From positions 7,442,001 to 7,506,000 of the forward strand of contig CM059433.1 in the NCBI GenBank assembly GCA_030390025.1: DNA of 64,000 nt, given 5' to 3'. This document shows, piece after piece, positions 13,521 through 26,132 of the stretch (position 1 is the stretch's first letter; every line of letters starts with the position of its first letter). Under the pieces are notes generated by a model, which was not told the origin of the DNA, did no database searches, and saw only the letters and a program-made list of their open reading frames with translations. The translations under genes were made by a program, and so were the position numbers. Source of the DNA: Squalus acanthias. Lineage: Eukaryota.

Positions 13521-14199
13521 AAGTCCTCCCCTTCTCCACCCTCCATAAACCTCAGCTCATCCAAAACAATGCTGTCCATATCCTATCCCACACCAAGTCC
13601 CGCTCATACAACACACCCATCCTTCTTGACCTACACTGGCTGTCGTCCCAAGACCCCAAATTAAAAATTCTGATTTTAACAGGAGCCCACTGCTTCCCAC
13701 AGCATTTATGTAAAAAGTATAGATTTTGTGGTTGATACACAAAAATTAAAATTTTAAGTAATGAAAACCAATACCACATTCTACAATATAGCATGGCTGC
13801 CTGTGTCCTGAATTCACCTCTTGTACATTCAGTCCAGTTTCTCAGCAATGATACAACATTGCAACTGCAAATGTACAATCGCACGTGGATGCAGTTGTTC
13901 AAACTTAACACTGATAACTGAGATTAATCTAACCAGTCAGAATAAAATGATATGGTGGCAATGGCTGTCATTTATATTTACCACCAAAGCACTTTTACCT
14001 CCAGAGACAGAAAGCAAAACAACATTGTGAGGTAAAATTCTGCACCTCCAGGAGGCATGTATGCTGCCTCGTGCTACTTCAAGAGGATAAAATTAATATT
14101 TTTTTCTTACATCCATGATTTTGTCTCTCTCTCTCTCTAGATGGTTATTTATTCTGAGTTACAGTTCCACAAAAGGCAACATCATTCTGTTACTTTGCA

Positions 14200-14370
14200 A
14201 AAATTGACATTCATCAAGCTTGGATAGTGTGTACTCACTGCTTATTCAACTGTGGGGGCCATCAGACCAAAGCCTAATTCTGTTTCCACTTGTTATATGC
14301 ACATATTTCCAACAGAGTGACAGAATAATGATCAGACACTAGGATGCTTTACCTTAGAGTGCTGCTGTAA
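14200..14370 (-). mobile_element. Ancient SINE fragment (AmnSINE2-like); related copies at ~32085-32270 (+) and ~50570-50740 (-)
   Basis: Shared degenerate motifs between the copies (ctattcaa..., ccagcagg..gatc.gagtgg.aa.cctggctg). Family name is from recollection only. Confidence 0.4.
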
Positions 14371-14784
14371 ACTAAACAAGGTGGCACCAGGTTGCCAGAG
14401 TGTATGAGATCCAGCTTAAGAGATTTTCGTGAACACCTCCAGAGGCAGCGCAGCATCAATGGTAGTATAAAAATTTAAAAATCAAAAGAACAGGGAGTGC
14501 TATTTTCTGGCTGCCAGTAGGCTGAGGATCCCACTCATGCAAGCCAGCAATTCATTTTTCCAGTCACTTCCATAACCATAGGGAAATTAGAGCAGCTAAC
14601 AGAGAGAAAAAAATCACAAACCTCTGGGTGCTGAAGGAAGAGAATTGGCATCTAATCATTAGTTTCCAAAGAAAAAGATTACGCCCACAGTGTCCGCAAG
14701 AGCACAGAAGGATGAACAAAAAAACAATTTAAAAAGGCTGTAATGGGCAGGGAATGTGCACCATATGGTTCAACATCTATGCCT

Positions 14785-15735
14785 TCAACAACAACATACA
14801 TTTATATAGCGCATTTAATGAAGCAAAACGTCCCAAGGTGCTTAACAAGAGCGATATCAATAAAAACATTTTTGACACCGAGCCACAGAAGGGGATGTCG
14901 GGCAGATGACAAAAAGCTTGGTCAAAGAGGTAGATTTTAAGGAGCATCTTAAAGGAGGAGAGGTAGAGAAGCAATGGAATGAACCAGTCACATCGCTGGA
15001 TTCTTAGACTAGCTATTTTCTTGGGTTTAGCATCCAAGGTTACTCACATTTGCCAACCTCACATCCCCTAGGATGCAGAGTGAAACATAGGAACAAGAGT
15101 AGGCCATTTAGCCCCTCAAGACTATCCTGCCATTCTATTAGATCATGGCTGATCTGTACCTCAACTCAATGTCCCCAACATATCTCATGTACCTCAACTG
15201 CATGTTACAAGAGGCTTGGAAATAGGTGGTGCATCCGATCTTTCAACTGGGGAATAGTATATGGCAATCTAGAAAAGAGGACTAAAATAATTTTGAAATT
15301 GAGGCATTGCCGGATTGGGAGACAATGTAGGTCAGCGAGCACAGGGGTGATGGATAAACTGGACTTGGTGCGAGTTAGGATACGGGTAGCAGAGTTTTAC
15401 AGAGGGTGGAAGACTGGCCAGGAGAGCATTGGAATAGTCGAGCCTGGAGGTAACAAAGGCATGGATGAGGGTTTTGGCAGCAGATGAGCTGAAGCGAGGT
15501 GGAGACAGGTAATATTACAGAAGTGGAAGTAGAAGGTCTTGGTGATGAAGACGATTTGGGGTCAGAAGCTCAGCTCAGGGTTAATTAGAACGCTGAGGTT
15601 GTGAACAGTCGGGTTCAGCCTCAGACAAGGAGGGGAATGGAGTTGGTGGCTAGGGAATGGAGTTTGTGGTGGGGACCGAAGCCAAAGGCTAAGGTCTTCC
15701 CAATATGTAATTGGGGGAAATTTCTGCTCATACAA
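14785..15735 (-). mobile_element. L2 LINE 3' fragments, with a short CR1 tail (~15085-15165) in between
   Basis: L2 tail aacaacaac..tttatatagcgc at ~14787 and L2 RT C-terminal remnant at 15290-15735. Confidence 0.65.
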
Positions 15736-16389
15736 TAAAGCACATAAAATGAAAGATGAGAAAAAATAAATCAAAGATAGAGAACAGCATTGGGATAGAT
15801 GGGGGGCGGAGGGGTGCCTGGACAGCAGATATAATTTGTCACAATAAGGTAAAATCAGATTGAAATAGGAAGGAAAGTATAAACCAGACAAATATGGGTT
15901 TGTAACTAGACAGAAAGACTGAGCTAGATGAGCAAGATGATGGTGAGCAAAATGAGACCAAGGAGCAGTCTTTATCATTAACTATTTTTCAAGATAATGG
16001 ATTGCCCTTAACCAATAATTAATTATTTACCTCAATGGAACAGAAAAAACAGAAACAACTGGAAATAAATAACTATACTGAGGAACTTGGGTGGAGAAAA
16101 TGGCTAACCACCTAAAACAGGCGCGAGGATCACGGGTATACGATTAACCCGCACCCGTTCATCGAGTTGCAAGCAGTATGGCAAATTTGTGCTGCCTGCT
16201 GTTTTACAGGATTTCAACCTGCAGTATCTGCGCTGTTCAATGACCGCACGTGTCAGCAGGGGGTCCAATATCACAAGTGGCTAGCGCTGCTTAAAGGCAG
16301 CCTGCACCTGTTAAACAGGAGGTGCATTGTGGCTGCACGAACTGGTGGGATTCATTTGAAAACTGATTCTGTGCTCAGATATTTTGAGC

Positions 16390-18145
16390 AACGGTTGAAA
16401 TCGCAAGAAAGCGTGCACCAAGGTTTCCAGACACTGCACTGGAGATCTTGGTGAAAGAGGCGGAAAGGAGGAGCGATGTCCTGTATCCGCAGGGAGGCAG
16501 GAGGCCCCCCAGACAGATGTTCAGGAGGCAGTGAGAAGTAGTAGTGGCATAGGTCAACGCCATGTGTTGCTCCAAGATCATGGTGCTGTGCAGGAAGAAG
16601 TTGAACGATCTCACATGAGTTGTCAAGGTCAGCAAGTTCATCTTCAAATGCCACATCCTACCAACTGAACCACTAGCCTCAGCCACTGCTCAATTCACTA
16701 CACCCCCATCACCCACCTACCAACAATCTCTATCAGTACTCAACCTTAGCATTCATAAGATTTAACTCACCCTCACACACTTAGCACTGTTGTAAGCCTC
16801 ACACTCACTGGCAGCTATTCAACCAAGACAGCCACATCACCCAAACATACTGCAGGACACTCACTGACACACTTCCCTTTTTCTTGCGGGAGAAGGTGGT
16901 ACATAACAGCAGGCAGCAGAAAAGAACTGGGGGACAAGCGCACCTGCATGTTTTAACCTCCATGGAGGAGAAAGTGCTGGCCATCATGGGAAGGGGCATC
17001 GCTGAGGACATGGCTACTGGCAGGGCTGAAGTGATTAATGTCTCTCATCCCGCTTCTCCCTCAATCTCTTCTGACTGAAGCTGCAGAGGGTGTAAACACA
17101 CACTTCTTAGTTTTTCCTCTCCCCTCACCACAATTCAATCCTTGTCCCTTTTTCATTTCAAATACCCAAGAACTGGAACTTGCCCAGTTAATGGAGGAAG
17201 AGGAAGAAGAAAGTGAAGATGAACAGACACTGTCATTCGATCTTACAGTCGCAGCCACCAGCTCAAATACTGACATTGCGCATATTTTAGAGGCTAGGAT
17301 AGTGGAGGGAACTGTATGTGGTGAGACACCGGGCACAAGTGCGCAGGAGCCAGGGCGGGAGAAAGGATAGCGCAGGTGCCAGCTCGTCGGCGGGCAAGGT
17401 CGCACATTAGTTTTACTTCAGAGGACTCAGATGAGGGGTTCGATGGGCCAGGCTACAGAAGGCGGCTAATAGGTATACACAACCAAATGCTTGGCGCACT
17501 GGAAAGCCTGCACTCAATGTGAAGGAGAATCTAAGCGCAGAGCTTGGAGCTCATCCTTTCCAACATGGAACGGGTGGTCACTTCCATCAGCACACCTGTG
17601 GAACCCACCATGATGCAGCGCCTGATGGCCAATGTCACAGCTTCCATTGCAGCACAAACAGCTTCCATCAAAGAACTGAATGCTGCAGTGGAAGCTCAGA
17701 CTACTGCCATCATGGCTCTGGATATCACTGTTCAAAGGGGCTTCCAGGGCATCACAGCTGTCCATCAATCTGTTCTCCAATCTGTTGAGGCGCCACCTCG
17801 GAATAGTGGCAGTGGCTCCATGGAGCACGAACCTGATGTCCTCTGCTCCTACCCCCTGCCACTCTGCCAGTGCCCTTGCTGTTGCCTGTCAGCCAGCGAG
17901 TCCAGACTGTTGCAGGCCGAAATGGTGCAGTCTGAAGCTGGGCCTTCTAGGCCGAGCTACTCGAGGTCACCCTCCAACGCCATCTGCAGTCTCCTCAATA
18001 GGTCAGCAGCCTTTCACCACCCATGCTGCAGCCACTGGGGAAGCACCTCGTAGGATCACTAGGAGAGGCAAAGATACACAAGACAGGCAACTAAGGGAAT
18101 ACACAAGGATGATTAGTTTATTTTTGTATGTATTATGTCATGATT
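16390..18145 (+). pseudogene. Harbinger Myb/SANT-like DNA-binding protein gene, intron-containing and disrupted
   Basis: Translates ARKRAPRFPDTALEILVKEAERRSDVLYP...CRKKLNDL, then EKVVHNSRQQKRTGG..LTSMEEKVLAIMG, then an acidic/coiled-coil tail. Contains in-frame stops. Confidence 0.8.
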
Positions 18146-18285
18146 GAATTTATAAATTTGGATTGTAATATGCATTTTTTGGTGGTTTTTATTTTTGTTG
18201 CCGGAAAGAGGACGCTGTGATGGTCAGTGATAGAGGAAAGGTAAGGAGTGTGGGACTGTTGGTGAATGGGGAGGTGTGGTTGAGG

Positions 18286-19376
18286 TTACTGGTATCGCTC
18301 ATTAATTATTTAATCACGTAGAGCCTGGGCAGAAAGGGGTTGTCTACGTTGTGTCCTCTCTTTCTCTTCCTCCATTTCCTGTTGCACTTCCTCCTCCTCC
18401 GCTTCTCGCCTGACAAGTGGTGGCAAGGGCTGTTCCCTCATAATGGCCAGGTTGTGCAGTATGCAGCATACTACCACAAAACCTGATACCCGGTCAGTTG
18501 AGTACTGCAGGGCTCCTCCAGAGCGGTCCAGGCAGCGGACGCATTGCTCAAGGATGCCGATGGTGTGCTCTATAATGTTCCTTGTAGCAGCATGGCTCGC
18601 AATGTAGGCCTGCTGTGCAATTGCGCGTGGGTTCTGGACTGGAGTCATAGACCATGTCATCAGTGGATACCCCTCGTCACCCAGTAGTCAGCCTTTGACT
18701 TGCCATGGTTGGTCAAATACAGCTGGCACAGACGACGACCGCAGAATGAAGGAATCATGACTACTGCTAGGTTAACAGGCATTCACTGTATGATGCACTG
18801 CCTGTGGTCGCGCACTAGCTGCACATTGAGGGAGTGCAATCCCTTTTGGTTCATGAAAATGACCGAGTTGGCATGAGGTGCCTGCAATCCGTGCAAACCC
18901 TTGTGCTCACTCCGCCTGCTTGTCTCTGGCAAGAGGGAATGAGATGAAGCTATCCTTCTTTGTATAGAGAGCCTCAGTGACTTCCCTTATGCAGCAGTGT
19001 ACTGCAAACTCTGAGATGTTGCTTATATCTCCAGCAGCAGCCTGAAAGGAACCAGATGCATAAAAGTTAAGAGCCACAGACACCTTGACAGCCACAGGCA
19101 ATGCAGTCCTTGCCCTGCCTTGAGGTTGCAGTTGTGGCTGCAGCAGTTGGCAGATTTCAGTCATGACCTCTTTAGTGAAGCAAAGACGTCTCAAGCATTG
19201 GTCGTCACTGAAGTTGAGGTAAGACACTTGCTCCCTAAAGACCCTCGGCCTCCTGCTGAGAGCCCTTCTCCCTTCAACCTCCTCCCTCTTCTAACAGCTT
19301 GTCCTGCTCTGCTTGGCCTCTGTTCATTCTGCCAGTAATGCTCAATTCTAAGAGGAAGGCTGACCAGGCCATCCAT
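18286..19376 (-). pseudogene. Harbinger (HARBI1-like) DDE transposase, disrupted
   Basis: Motifs LPVAVKVSVALNFYASGSFQ, HSLNVQLV, HDSFIL, LLGDEGYPL, IEHTIGIL and CCILHNLA. Frameshifts, stops and loss of the GAIDCTH motif. Confidence 0.9.
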
Positions 19377-20364
19377 GTCTGGAAGCACAAGATTTTAAAT
19401 CAACAAAAAAGTACTCAGCACCAACCAGACCACTCCCTGTAGACCATTGGAATTTTAGGCAAGTATAGGAAAGCTCCAAAAATGCATACAATTGCACCAG
19501 CAGTGGGAAGAAATAATCCAGCAACTAACCTGTAAGTAGTTCATGATCCCTTTAGGTAGCGCTGGTGGAGGGTCCTTCATGCCATTTAACGGCGTGTTCA
19601 GCTGTCCAAGGTTAAGACAGGGTATAGGCTGGAGTGTGGCATTCGAAAATGGCAGCACTGGCATCAAATCAGCGTTGCACACTGATTGACGTCATAATCT
19701 GCCTGCTCTGCATGCTGCCGGGTGCGCGCATGCAAACCCCTTTACCAAGATGGCGTGCACGCGCATCTCAGATGCCATTTTTGACCATTAGGAGGCTGCA
19801 TAGCGCCTAGAAAACAGGCGCTACAGAGCCCAATTTCTCCCCCATGGCCTCTAATTTGGAAGTTCAGAGTTTAATTTCAACATCAGCATCTTACACAACA
19901 TTCTGGATAGGTTTACAGTATTTCAGGCTTTAATGGTTATAATATCATGTACACTTTAAAAAAAACAGTAACCTGTGCAGAACTCTCTTTTTCCAAATAG
20001 TTCTTGTGTAGTTCTTGCAGCTGCTCAGTATTTTCAGCCGTGCAGGAAATGTAGGGAAAAACATGGTCATTTTTAAAACAATTTGTAGCTCCCTTGTTTT
20101 TCTCTTTTCTTACCATGACTCACTGATGCCATGGTATCACAAGGATTTTCAAATATTAAATTTCCCTCCTCTTCCAAGTTACTCTATTGTTACTCTGATA
20201 AAGCTTGAGAAAATTGAAGCTTCTACCACTTGCTAATCATCTGCCCCGATGGGAATCATGTGGAATTGAAAATCAAGTTATTATGTGTTCACTTAAATGT
20301 AATCATTTCAAAAAATTCAAATTGCCCAAAAAGAAATCAAAATGTTTTAAAAATTGCAAACATC

Positions 20365-20600
20365 AGGGACTCGTGGTACTTTGGATCAGCAGTTCGCTTT
20401 CAACACTGGGACCAGAGTTTGAATCCAATCCAGACTAATAAAATTAAAGTCTCCTCTTTCTGCCAGCTCTAAAATTGAAATGCGTTTGGACAGCATCAAT
20501 CCGGGTTCAAATGTGCAAAGATTCGCAGCACTAACTGCCTATATTCAGCGCAAACTGGTAATCCTACTCAAACAGGTCTTAAGGAAGGCTGTGATGTGAA
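20365..20600 (+). mobile_element. Old tRNA-derived SINE, LF-SINE-like
   Basis: B-box-like gagtttgaatcc, followed by tgaaatgcgtttggacagcatcaatcc, resembling the LF-SINE 5' core as recalled. Confidence 0.4.
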
Positions 20601-20784
20601 TATGTTCACAATGGTGCAGTAGAGGATACTTTTCTGTGATTGGGGTTATTGCGTACGGTCACTGTAGAGGAATTTTTATTTTGCATTGTGCACATACCAC
20701 TGACTTGGCAGTGCTTGATACGGATAGCCAAAATTGAAGTGTTCCAATACCCATCACTGCCATGCATTAACTTACAAATATAAA

Positions 20785-22740
20785 GAAAGACTTGCATTTA
20801 TATAGCGCCTTTCATGACCACCAGACGTCCCAAAGCACTTTACAGCCAATTAAGTACTTTAGGTGGCCCTAGAGATAGCGGATGCACTAAGTATGATTTT
20901 TCAGAATTCATTAGACTCGGGAACAGTGCCCATGGATTGGAGGGTAGCTAACGTTACCCCACTATTCAAAAAGGGGGGTAGGGAAAAAGCAGGTAATTAT
21001 AGACCTGTAAGCCTTACATCAGTTGTGGGCAAAATGCTGGAGTCCATCATTAAGGATGAAATAGCGGAGCACTTAGCAAATGGGGACAGGATAGGACAGA
21101 GTCAACATGGATTTACAAAGGGTAAATCGTGCTTGACTAATCTATTGGAATTTTTTGAGGGAGTAACTGGTAAAATAGATGGGGGAGAGCCAGTAGATGT
21201 GGTGTACCTGGACTTCCAAAAGGCCTTCGACAAGGTCCCACATAAAAGATTAGCATGGAAAATTGAAGCTCATGGGATAAAGGGGAAAGTATTGACGTGG
21301 ATAGAGAACTGGCTGTCAGATAGAAAACAGAGAGTTGGAATAAACGGCTCATTTTCTGAATGGCAGGCAGTAACAAGTGGGGTACCACAGGGATCTGTCC
21401 TGGGTCCCCAGCTGTTCACAATTTACATTAATGACCTGGATCAGGGAGTCGGATGCAGCATTTCCAAATTTGCAGACGACACTAAACTAGGAGGGGGGGT
21501 GGGCTCAGAGGAGGAGACCAGGAAGCTCCAGAGCGATTTGGACAGACTGGGTGATTGGGCGGATAAATGGCAGATGCACTATAATGTGGACAAGTGCGAA
21601 GTTATCCACCTTGGGTGCAGGAACGGGAGGGCAAATTATTATTTAAATGGCAATAAATTGGGAGAGGGGGAAGTACAGAGAGACCTGGGTGTTCTTGTAC
21701 ACCAGTCACTGAAGGCGAGCATGCAGGTGCAACAGGCGGTCAAGAAGGCAAACGGTATGCTGGCCTTCATAGCAAAAGGGTTGGAATACAGGAACAGGGA
21801 TACCTTGCTGCAGCTGTACAGGGCACTGGTGAGACCACACCTCGAGTACTGTGTACAGTTTTGGTCGCCTCATCTGAGGAAAGATGTTCTTGCCATGGAG
21901 GGGGTGCAGCGGCGATTCACCAGGCTGATACCAGGAATGGCGGGATTGACCTATGAGGAGAGACTATGTAGTTTAGGGATGTACACACTGGAGTTTAGAA
22001 GATTGAGAGGGGACCTCATAGAAGTGTATAAAATTCTGACAGGTCTAGACAGACTAGATGCAGAAGGAATGTTTCCCTTGGCGGGTGAGAACAGAACTAG
22101 AGGACATAATTTAAGGATAAGGGCTAAACCATTTAGGACAGAAATGAGGGGGAATTTCTTCACTCAGAGGGTGGTGAACCTGTGGAACTCATTGCCACAG
22201 AGGGCAGTGTACGCCAGCTCATTAAATATATTTAAGAGGGAATTAGATATATTTCTACAGGCAAAAGGGGTTAAGGGTTACGGAGAGAAGGCGAGGACGG
22301 GATACTGAGTTGGAGGATCAGCCATGATCTCATTAAATGGCGGAGCAGGCTCGAAGGGCCGGATGGCCTACTCCTGCTCCTATCTTCTATGTATCTATGT
22401 ATCTATGAAGTGTAGTCACTGTTGTAATGTAGGAAACGCTGCAGCCAATTTGCGCACAAACAGCAATGTGAAAATGACCAGGTGATCGGTCTTCAGTGAT
22501 GTTGATTGAGGGATAAATATTGGCCAGGACTTCAAAATAGTGCCATGGGATCTTTTACGTCCACTTGAGAGAAGACAGGGCCTCAGTTTAACATCTCATC
22601 TGAAAGATGGCATCTCAGACAGTGCAGTACTTCCTCAGTACTGCACTGGAGTGTCAGCCGAGCTTTTTGTACTCAAGTCTCTGTAATAGGACTTGAACCC
22701 ACAACCTTCTGACTCAGAGGCAAGGGCCACAGCTGACACT
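20785..22740 (-). mobile_element. Deu-domain SINE (SacSINE1-like) split by a CR1 insertion
   Basis: SINE tail at 20785-20860 resumes at ~22407 (gaagtgtagtcactg) and runs through the Deu-like core to a tRNA head (ggacttgaacccacaacc). Confidence 0.75.
20861..22406 (+). mobile_element. Young 5'-truncated CR1 with an uninterrupted RT/C-terminal ORF2 segment (481 codons)
   Basis: ORF 20863..22308 contains NYRPVSLTS, QHGF, YLDFQKAFD, GVPQGSVLGP and KFADD with no stops. Ends in a (TATGTATC)n-like tail. Confidence 0.95.
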
Positions 22741-22887
22741 TAAAAACTGAAAGAGCACTTTCATTTTTAGTTGCACATTGTGCAACATACTTGTTGAAAA
22801 CTATGCCTATGGGTTCAGAGATTAAAATCGCTGTTTTGTTCAATCCACCTGTGTATAATTCTTCTTTAAATCAGAACATTTACTAAG

Positions 22888-23666
22888 ATCCCACCACCAA
22901 AGACATCTTCCCCTCCCCTTTCAGCATTCCGAAGGAACCGTTCCCTCCGCGACACCCTGGTCCACTCCTCAATCACCCACAATACCCCCTCCCCTTCCCA
23001 CGGCACCTTCCTGTGCAAACGCAGGAGATGCAACACCTGCCTTTTTACCTCCTCCCTTCCCACCGTCCAGGGCCCCAAGCACTCCTTCCAGGTGAAACAA
23101 CTATTTGCTTGTACTTCTTTCAATTTAGTATACTGCATTCGCTGCTCACGATGCGGTCTCCTCTACATTGGGGAGACCAAACGCAGACTGGGTGACCGCT
23201 TTGCGAACCACCTCCGTTCAGTCTGCAAGCATGACCCCGAGCTTCCGGTTGCCTGTCACTTTAATTCTCCGCTCCACTCCCACTCAAGCCTCTCAGTCTT
23301 CGGCCTCCTACATTGTTCCAATGAAGCTCAATGCAAGCTCGAGGAATAGCACCTCATCTTTCGATTAGCACTTCACAGCCTTTGAGTTCAATACTTTCAG
23401 ATCATAACCTCTGCCCCCATTTCTTCGGATGGCAGCTGTTGATGGTTCCACTATTCCCATTTACACCTCTTCTAGACCTATCTTTTGTTCCTTTACTTGT
23501 CCCATTACCATCTCCTTTTACCTTACACCATCATCCCTTTTGTCTTTTAATCATTCCTGCCTTCCACCCTATCACAGACCTTCCCTTTTGTTGTTTCATC
23601 TCCTCCCCTCCCCCTTTCCCCACCTCTGCACTTGCTTAAAACCTGTTACATCTCTAACTTTTCTAG
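22888..23666 (+). mobile_element. Penelope-like element 3' part (GIY-YIG endonuclease)
   Basis: CKRRRCNTC..GPKHSFQVKQLFACTSFNLVYCIRCSRCGLLYIGETKRRLGDRFANH, followed by a pyrimidine-rich 3' region. Confidence 0.88.
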
Positions 23667-24134
23667 ATCATAGTGCATTTGGACACTTGGCATAAGGGGA
23701 AAGCAGAGGCACATCATGTTAAACACACACACACATCCCAACCATTATTATAATAAAGACTTTACCTTATATTTCACAGTAAATGTTTATTTCTTCAAAA
23801 ATTATGTTTTCCTGATGAACTAAAGTAACAAGCAACAATGAGGTTCAGAGTCAATGTTGAGAACTCCCAGGCCTTATACAGTGGGATATACCCTCCCACT
23901 GTATATCATCTTGCCCTCAACTATGGTGGAGGGATGATGTTGCAGGAGCCTGGAATATTGGCCGATAGTTACTATTACGTGCGTACAATTATTTCAGATG
24001 CTCCCAAACTAGTCTGTGTGTCAATTCTTCCAATTTGGACACCACCACATGGTAGTGAGGAAGCCTTTGCAGGATCAACTGATCAAAGACTGCCCAAGTC
24101 TTGCCCTGATATACCTAGAGCATTAAAAGTCAAC

Positions 24135-24530
24135 CATGTAGTGTGGGATTGGAGTCACGTGTAGGTCAGACCAGGTAGGGGTGGCCTATGTTCCTCCTAA
24201 TTTTTTGGGGGGGTGCGGTCCCTTTAATGGGCTGTGCGGCCCATTCAAAGTTTCGCTCATGCGCGAAATTTCACATTGGAAAAGGCGGTCCCGGGCTGCG
24301 CGAGACCAGCAGACAGCTGCGCAGCTTAGAGGGAACGTTGGTGGCAGGCTCCTTTTCCTGAAGGACATTAGTGAACCAGCTGTACTTTTATGACAATCCA
24401 GAAGCTGTCATGGTTATTTTTATCGTGTTAGCCCAGACATTACCAAATTTATTGAATTTAATTTCAGAACTTGCCATGGTGGGATTTGAACTCGCAATCT
24501 CAGCTAGTTCAGTAGCATAAGCACTATAAT
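24135..24530 (-). mobile_element. tRNA-derived SINE interrupted by a hAT MITE
   Basis: B-box-like GAGTTCAAATCCCACC on the minus strand at ~24477-24493. The SINE body resumes on either side of the insert. Confidence 0.6.
24186..24340. mobile_element. hAT-type MITE (~155 bp)
   Basis: TIRs CTATGTTCCTCCTAA / TTAGAGGGAACGTTG, with GTGGC on both flanks. Reverse-complement homolog of 25481-25636. Confidence 0.75.
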
Positions 24531-24721
24531 GCCGTAGCAATAAACCACAAACGGCCTGATCCTTGCAAGCCTCGTGGCATTACCTAGAGGGAGCTTGTGG
24601 CAAAAAGATAGAGTGCCATTGTGACTTTATTGTGACAGCAGAGTGCTGGTGTTATTCCTTGGATGTAGATCTGGTTCTGGGGTCTGGCACAATTCATCAT
24701 TCACTTCCTTAATAAGACATT

Positions 24722-25424
24722 GGCCTGGAATTTGGGGTCAAGATAACGGCGAACTGGCAGCGTTCGCCGCCATTCCACCTTTGAAACCGACCGCACCTTC
24801 GGGATTTGGCGCATGCGGAAATCCTGAAGTTGCGGTCTGTCATTGACAGCTCCAAAACAGGCTGCACTGTGACCCTCCACCCCCGCCACCACAGAGCCAT
24901 CAATCTATGTAATCAGCCAAATCAGGGAAACTGACGAAAGCTTCAGCTTTTCCACAGTAATTACGCTGTTAAATTCCCCACTAAAAGCTATACCCAAAGG
25001 GATTAGGTGTAACTGGGGTTTTAACAGCTTTATTACTGCTAAACAAATGTTAAGGGCCTGGAAAACTAATTTTAATTTTGTGCAGTATGAAATTTGTCCA
25101 TTTTAATAAAAATTAGAATTAAGAAACTTTCCCAATCTTTGTTTTGCTCTCTCTAACATTTTTTTAAAAGTTAGAATTTTAAGAGCTTACCCACTTCCTT
25201 GTTCACGGTTTGAGAATTCTACGTTTTGATTGGCTGCTCAGACAGCTTGTTGACATCACAGCAGTTCGCACTATAGAGGATCCCCACTATACTTTGGTTG
25301 ATTTGAACTGAATGTTGGAAAACCCGAAGTTCTCGACAAAGGGATCACGAGATCCTTGTGCGAAGCGTACTTCGGAGCCAGCAGTGAATGCCTTCATTTC
25401 GCTGCTGACCGCAAATTCCGGGCC
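24722..25424. mobile_element. Harbinger-type MITE family B
   Basis: TIRs GGCCTGGAATTTGGGGTCA / TGACCGCAAATTCCGGGCC with a perfect ATT duplication. Homologous to 32715-33476 and 40572-41340. Confidence 0.85.
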
Positions 25425-25480
25425 ATTGTCTCTTAAACTTTATCACCTGCGATAGGCATGCTGCGTCGGGTAGTAACAGA

Positions 25481-25636
25481 CAATGTTCCCTTTAAGCTGC
25501 ACAGCTATCTCTAGGTCCCACGCAGCAAGTGAGCCAGTTTCACAATGCAAAAAACCGCACATGCGTGGAAGTTTGAATGGGCCGCGCATTCCGTTAAAGG
25601 GGCCGCGTGGCCCAAAAGAAATTAGGGGGAACATTG
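25481..25636. mobile_element. hAT-type MITE (156 bp)
   Basis: TIRs CAATGTTCCCTTTAA / TTAGGGGGAACATTG with an 8-bp TSD GTAACAGA/GTAACAGG. Confidence 0.85.
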
Positions 25637-25769
25637 GTAACAGGTACTGGTGATCTTCTACCCATGGCCTTGGACCTCCCTGGTCCTCATCTGCTGTTGT
25701 TCTTCCACCTCCTCCAAAATATCCTAAATGAGTCTTGTTGATGAATTCAATACTAAATGCTGCTTTTCA

Positions 25770-26098
25770 AATTCTTATCCTTGTGCTAAAATCCCCCATG
25801 GCATCACCTCTCCCCATGTCTGTAACCTCCTCCAGTGCTACAGCTCCCTTTGAACTCTGATCCTCAGACTCCAGCCTCTGTGCACCTCAGTTTGTCGCAT
25901 CATTCCTTTAGCTGCTGTCTGCTATTCTCTCCCTAAACCCCACCATCTCTCCTCCTCCAAGACCCTCCTTAAAACCTAATCAAAGTTTTGGTCCCTCCTC
26001 CTAATCTCTACTTCTGGCTCGGCATCTTTTTTATTTTTCTCATGACTCTGAAGCACCTTGCGACATTTTTCCACGTTAAATCTGCTATATAAATGCAA
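25770..26098 (+). mobile_element. L2 LINE 3' end
   Basis: Ends ...gaagcaccttg..cgttaaa..gctatataaatgcaag. Same family as 48150-48437. Confidence 0.7.
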
Positions 26099-26132
26099 GG
26101 AATAAGGAGGCCACCTTCTCCTTGGAAATAAA

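Larger units (their letters stand above)
16090..19843. mobile_element. Full-length, decayed Harbinger (PIF/Harbinger) DNA transposon
   Basis: Imperfect TIRs GGTGGAGAAAATGG / CCAATTTCTCCCCC with flanks TTG/ATG. Contains convergent Myb/SANT-like (+) and transposase (-) genes. Confidence 0.88.

Noticed and set aside
18286..19376. Host HARBI1 gene
   Set aside because: It has stops, frameshifts and a missing catalytic motif, and lies inside TIRs, so it is a transposon copy.
20863..22308. 481-aa RT ORF as a domesticated gene or a retron-like system
   Set aside because: It starts mid-ORF2 at a 5' truncation, ends in a CR1 tail and splits a SINE, so it is an ordinary young CR1.
22680..22740. tRNA gene (also ~12610-12680 and ~24470-24530)
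   Set aside because: These are only degenerate tRNA-derived SINE heads; no complete cloverleaf is present.
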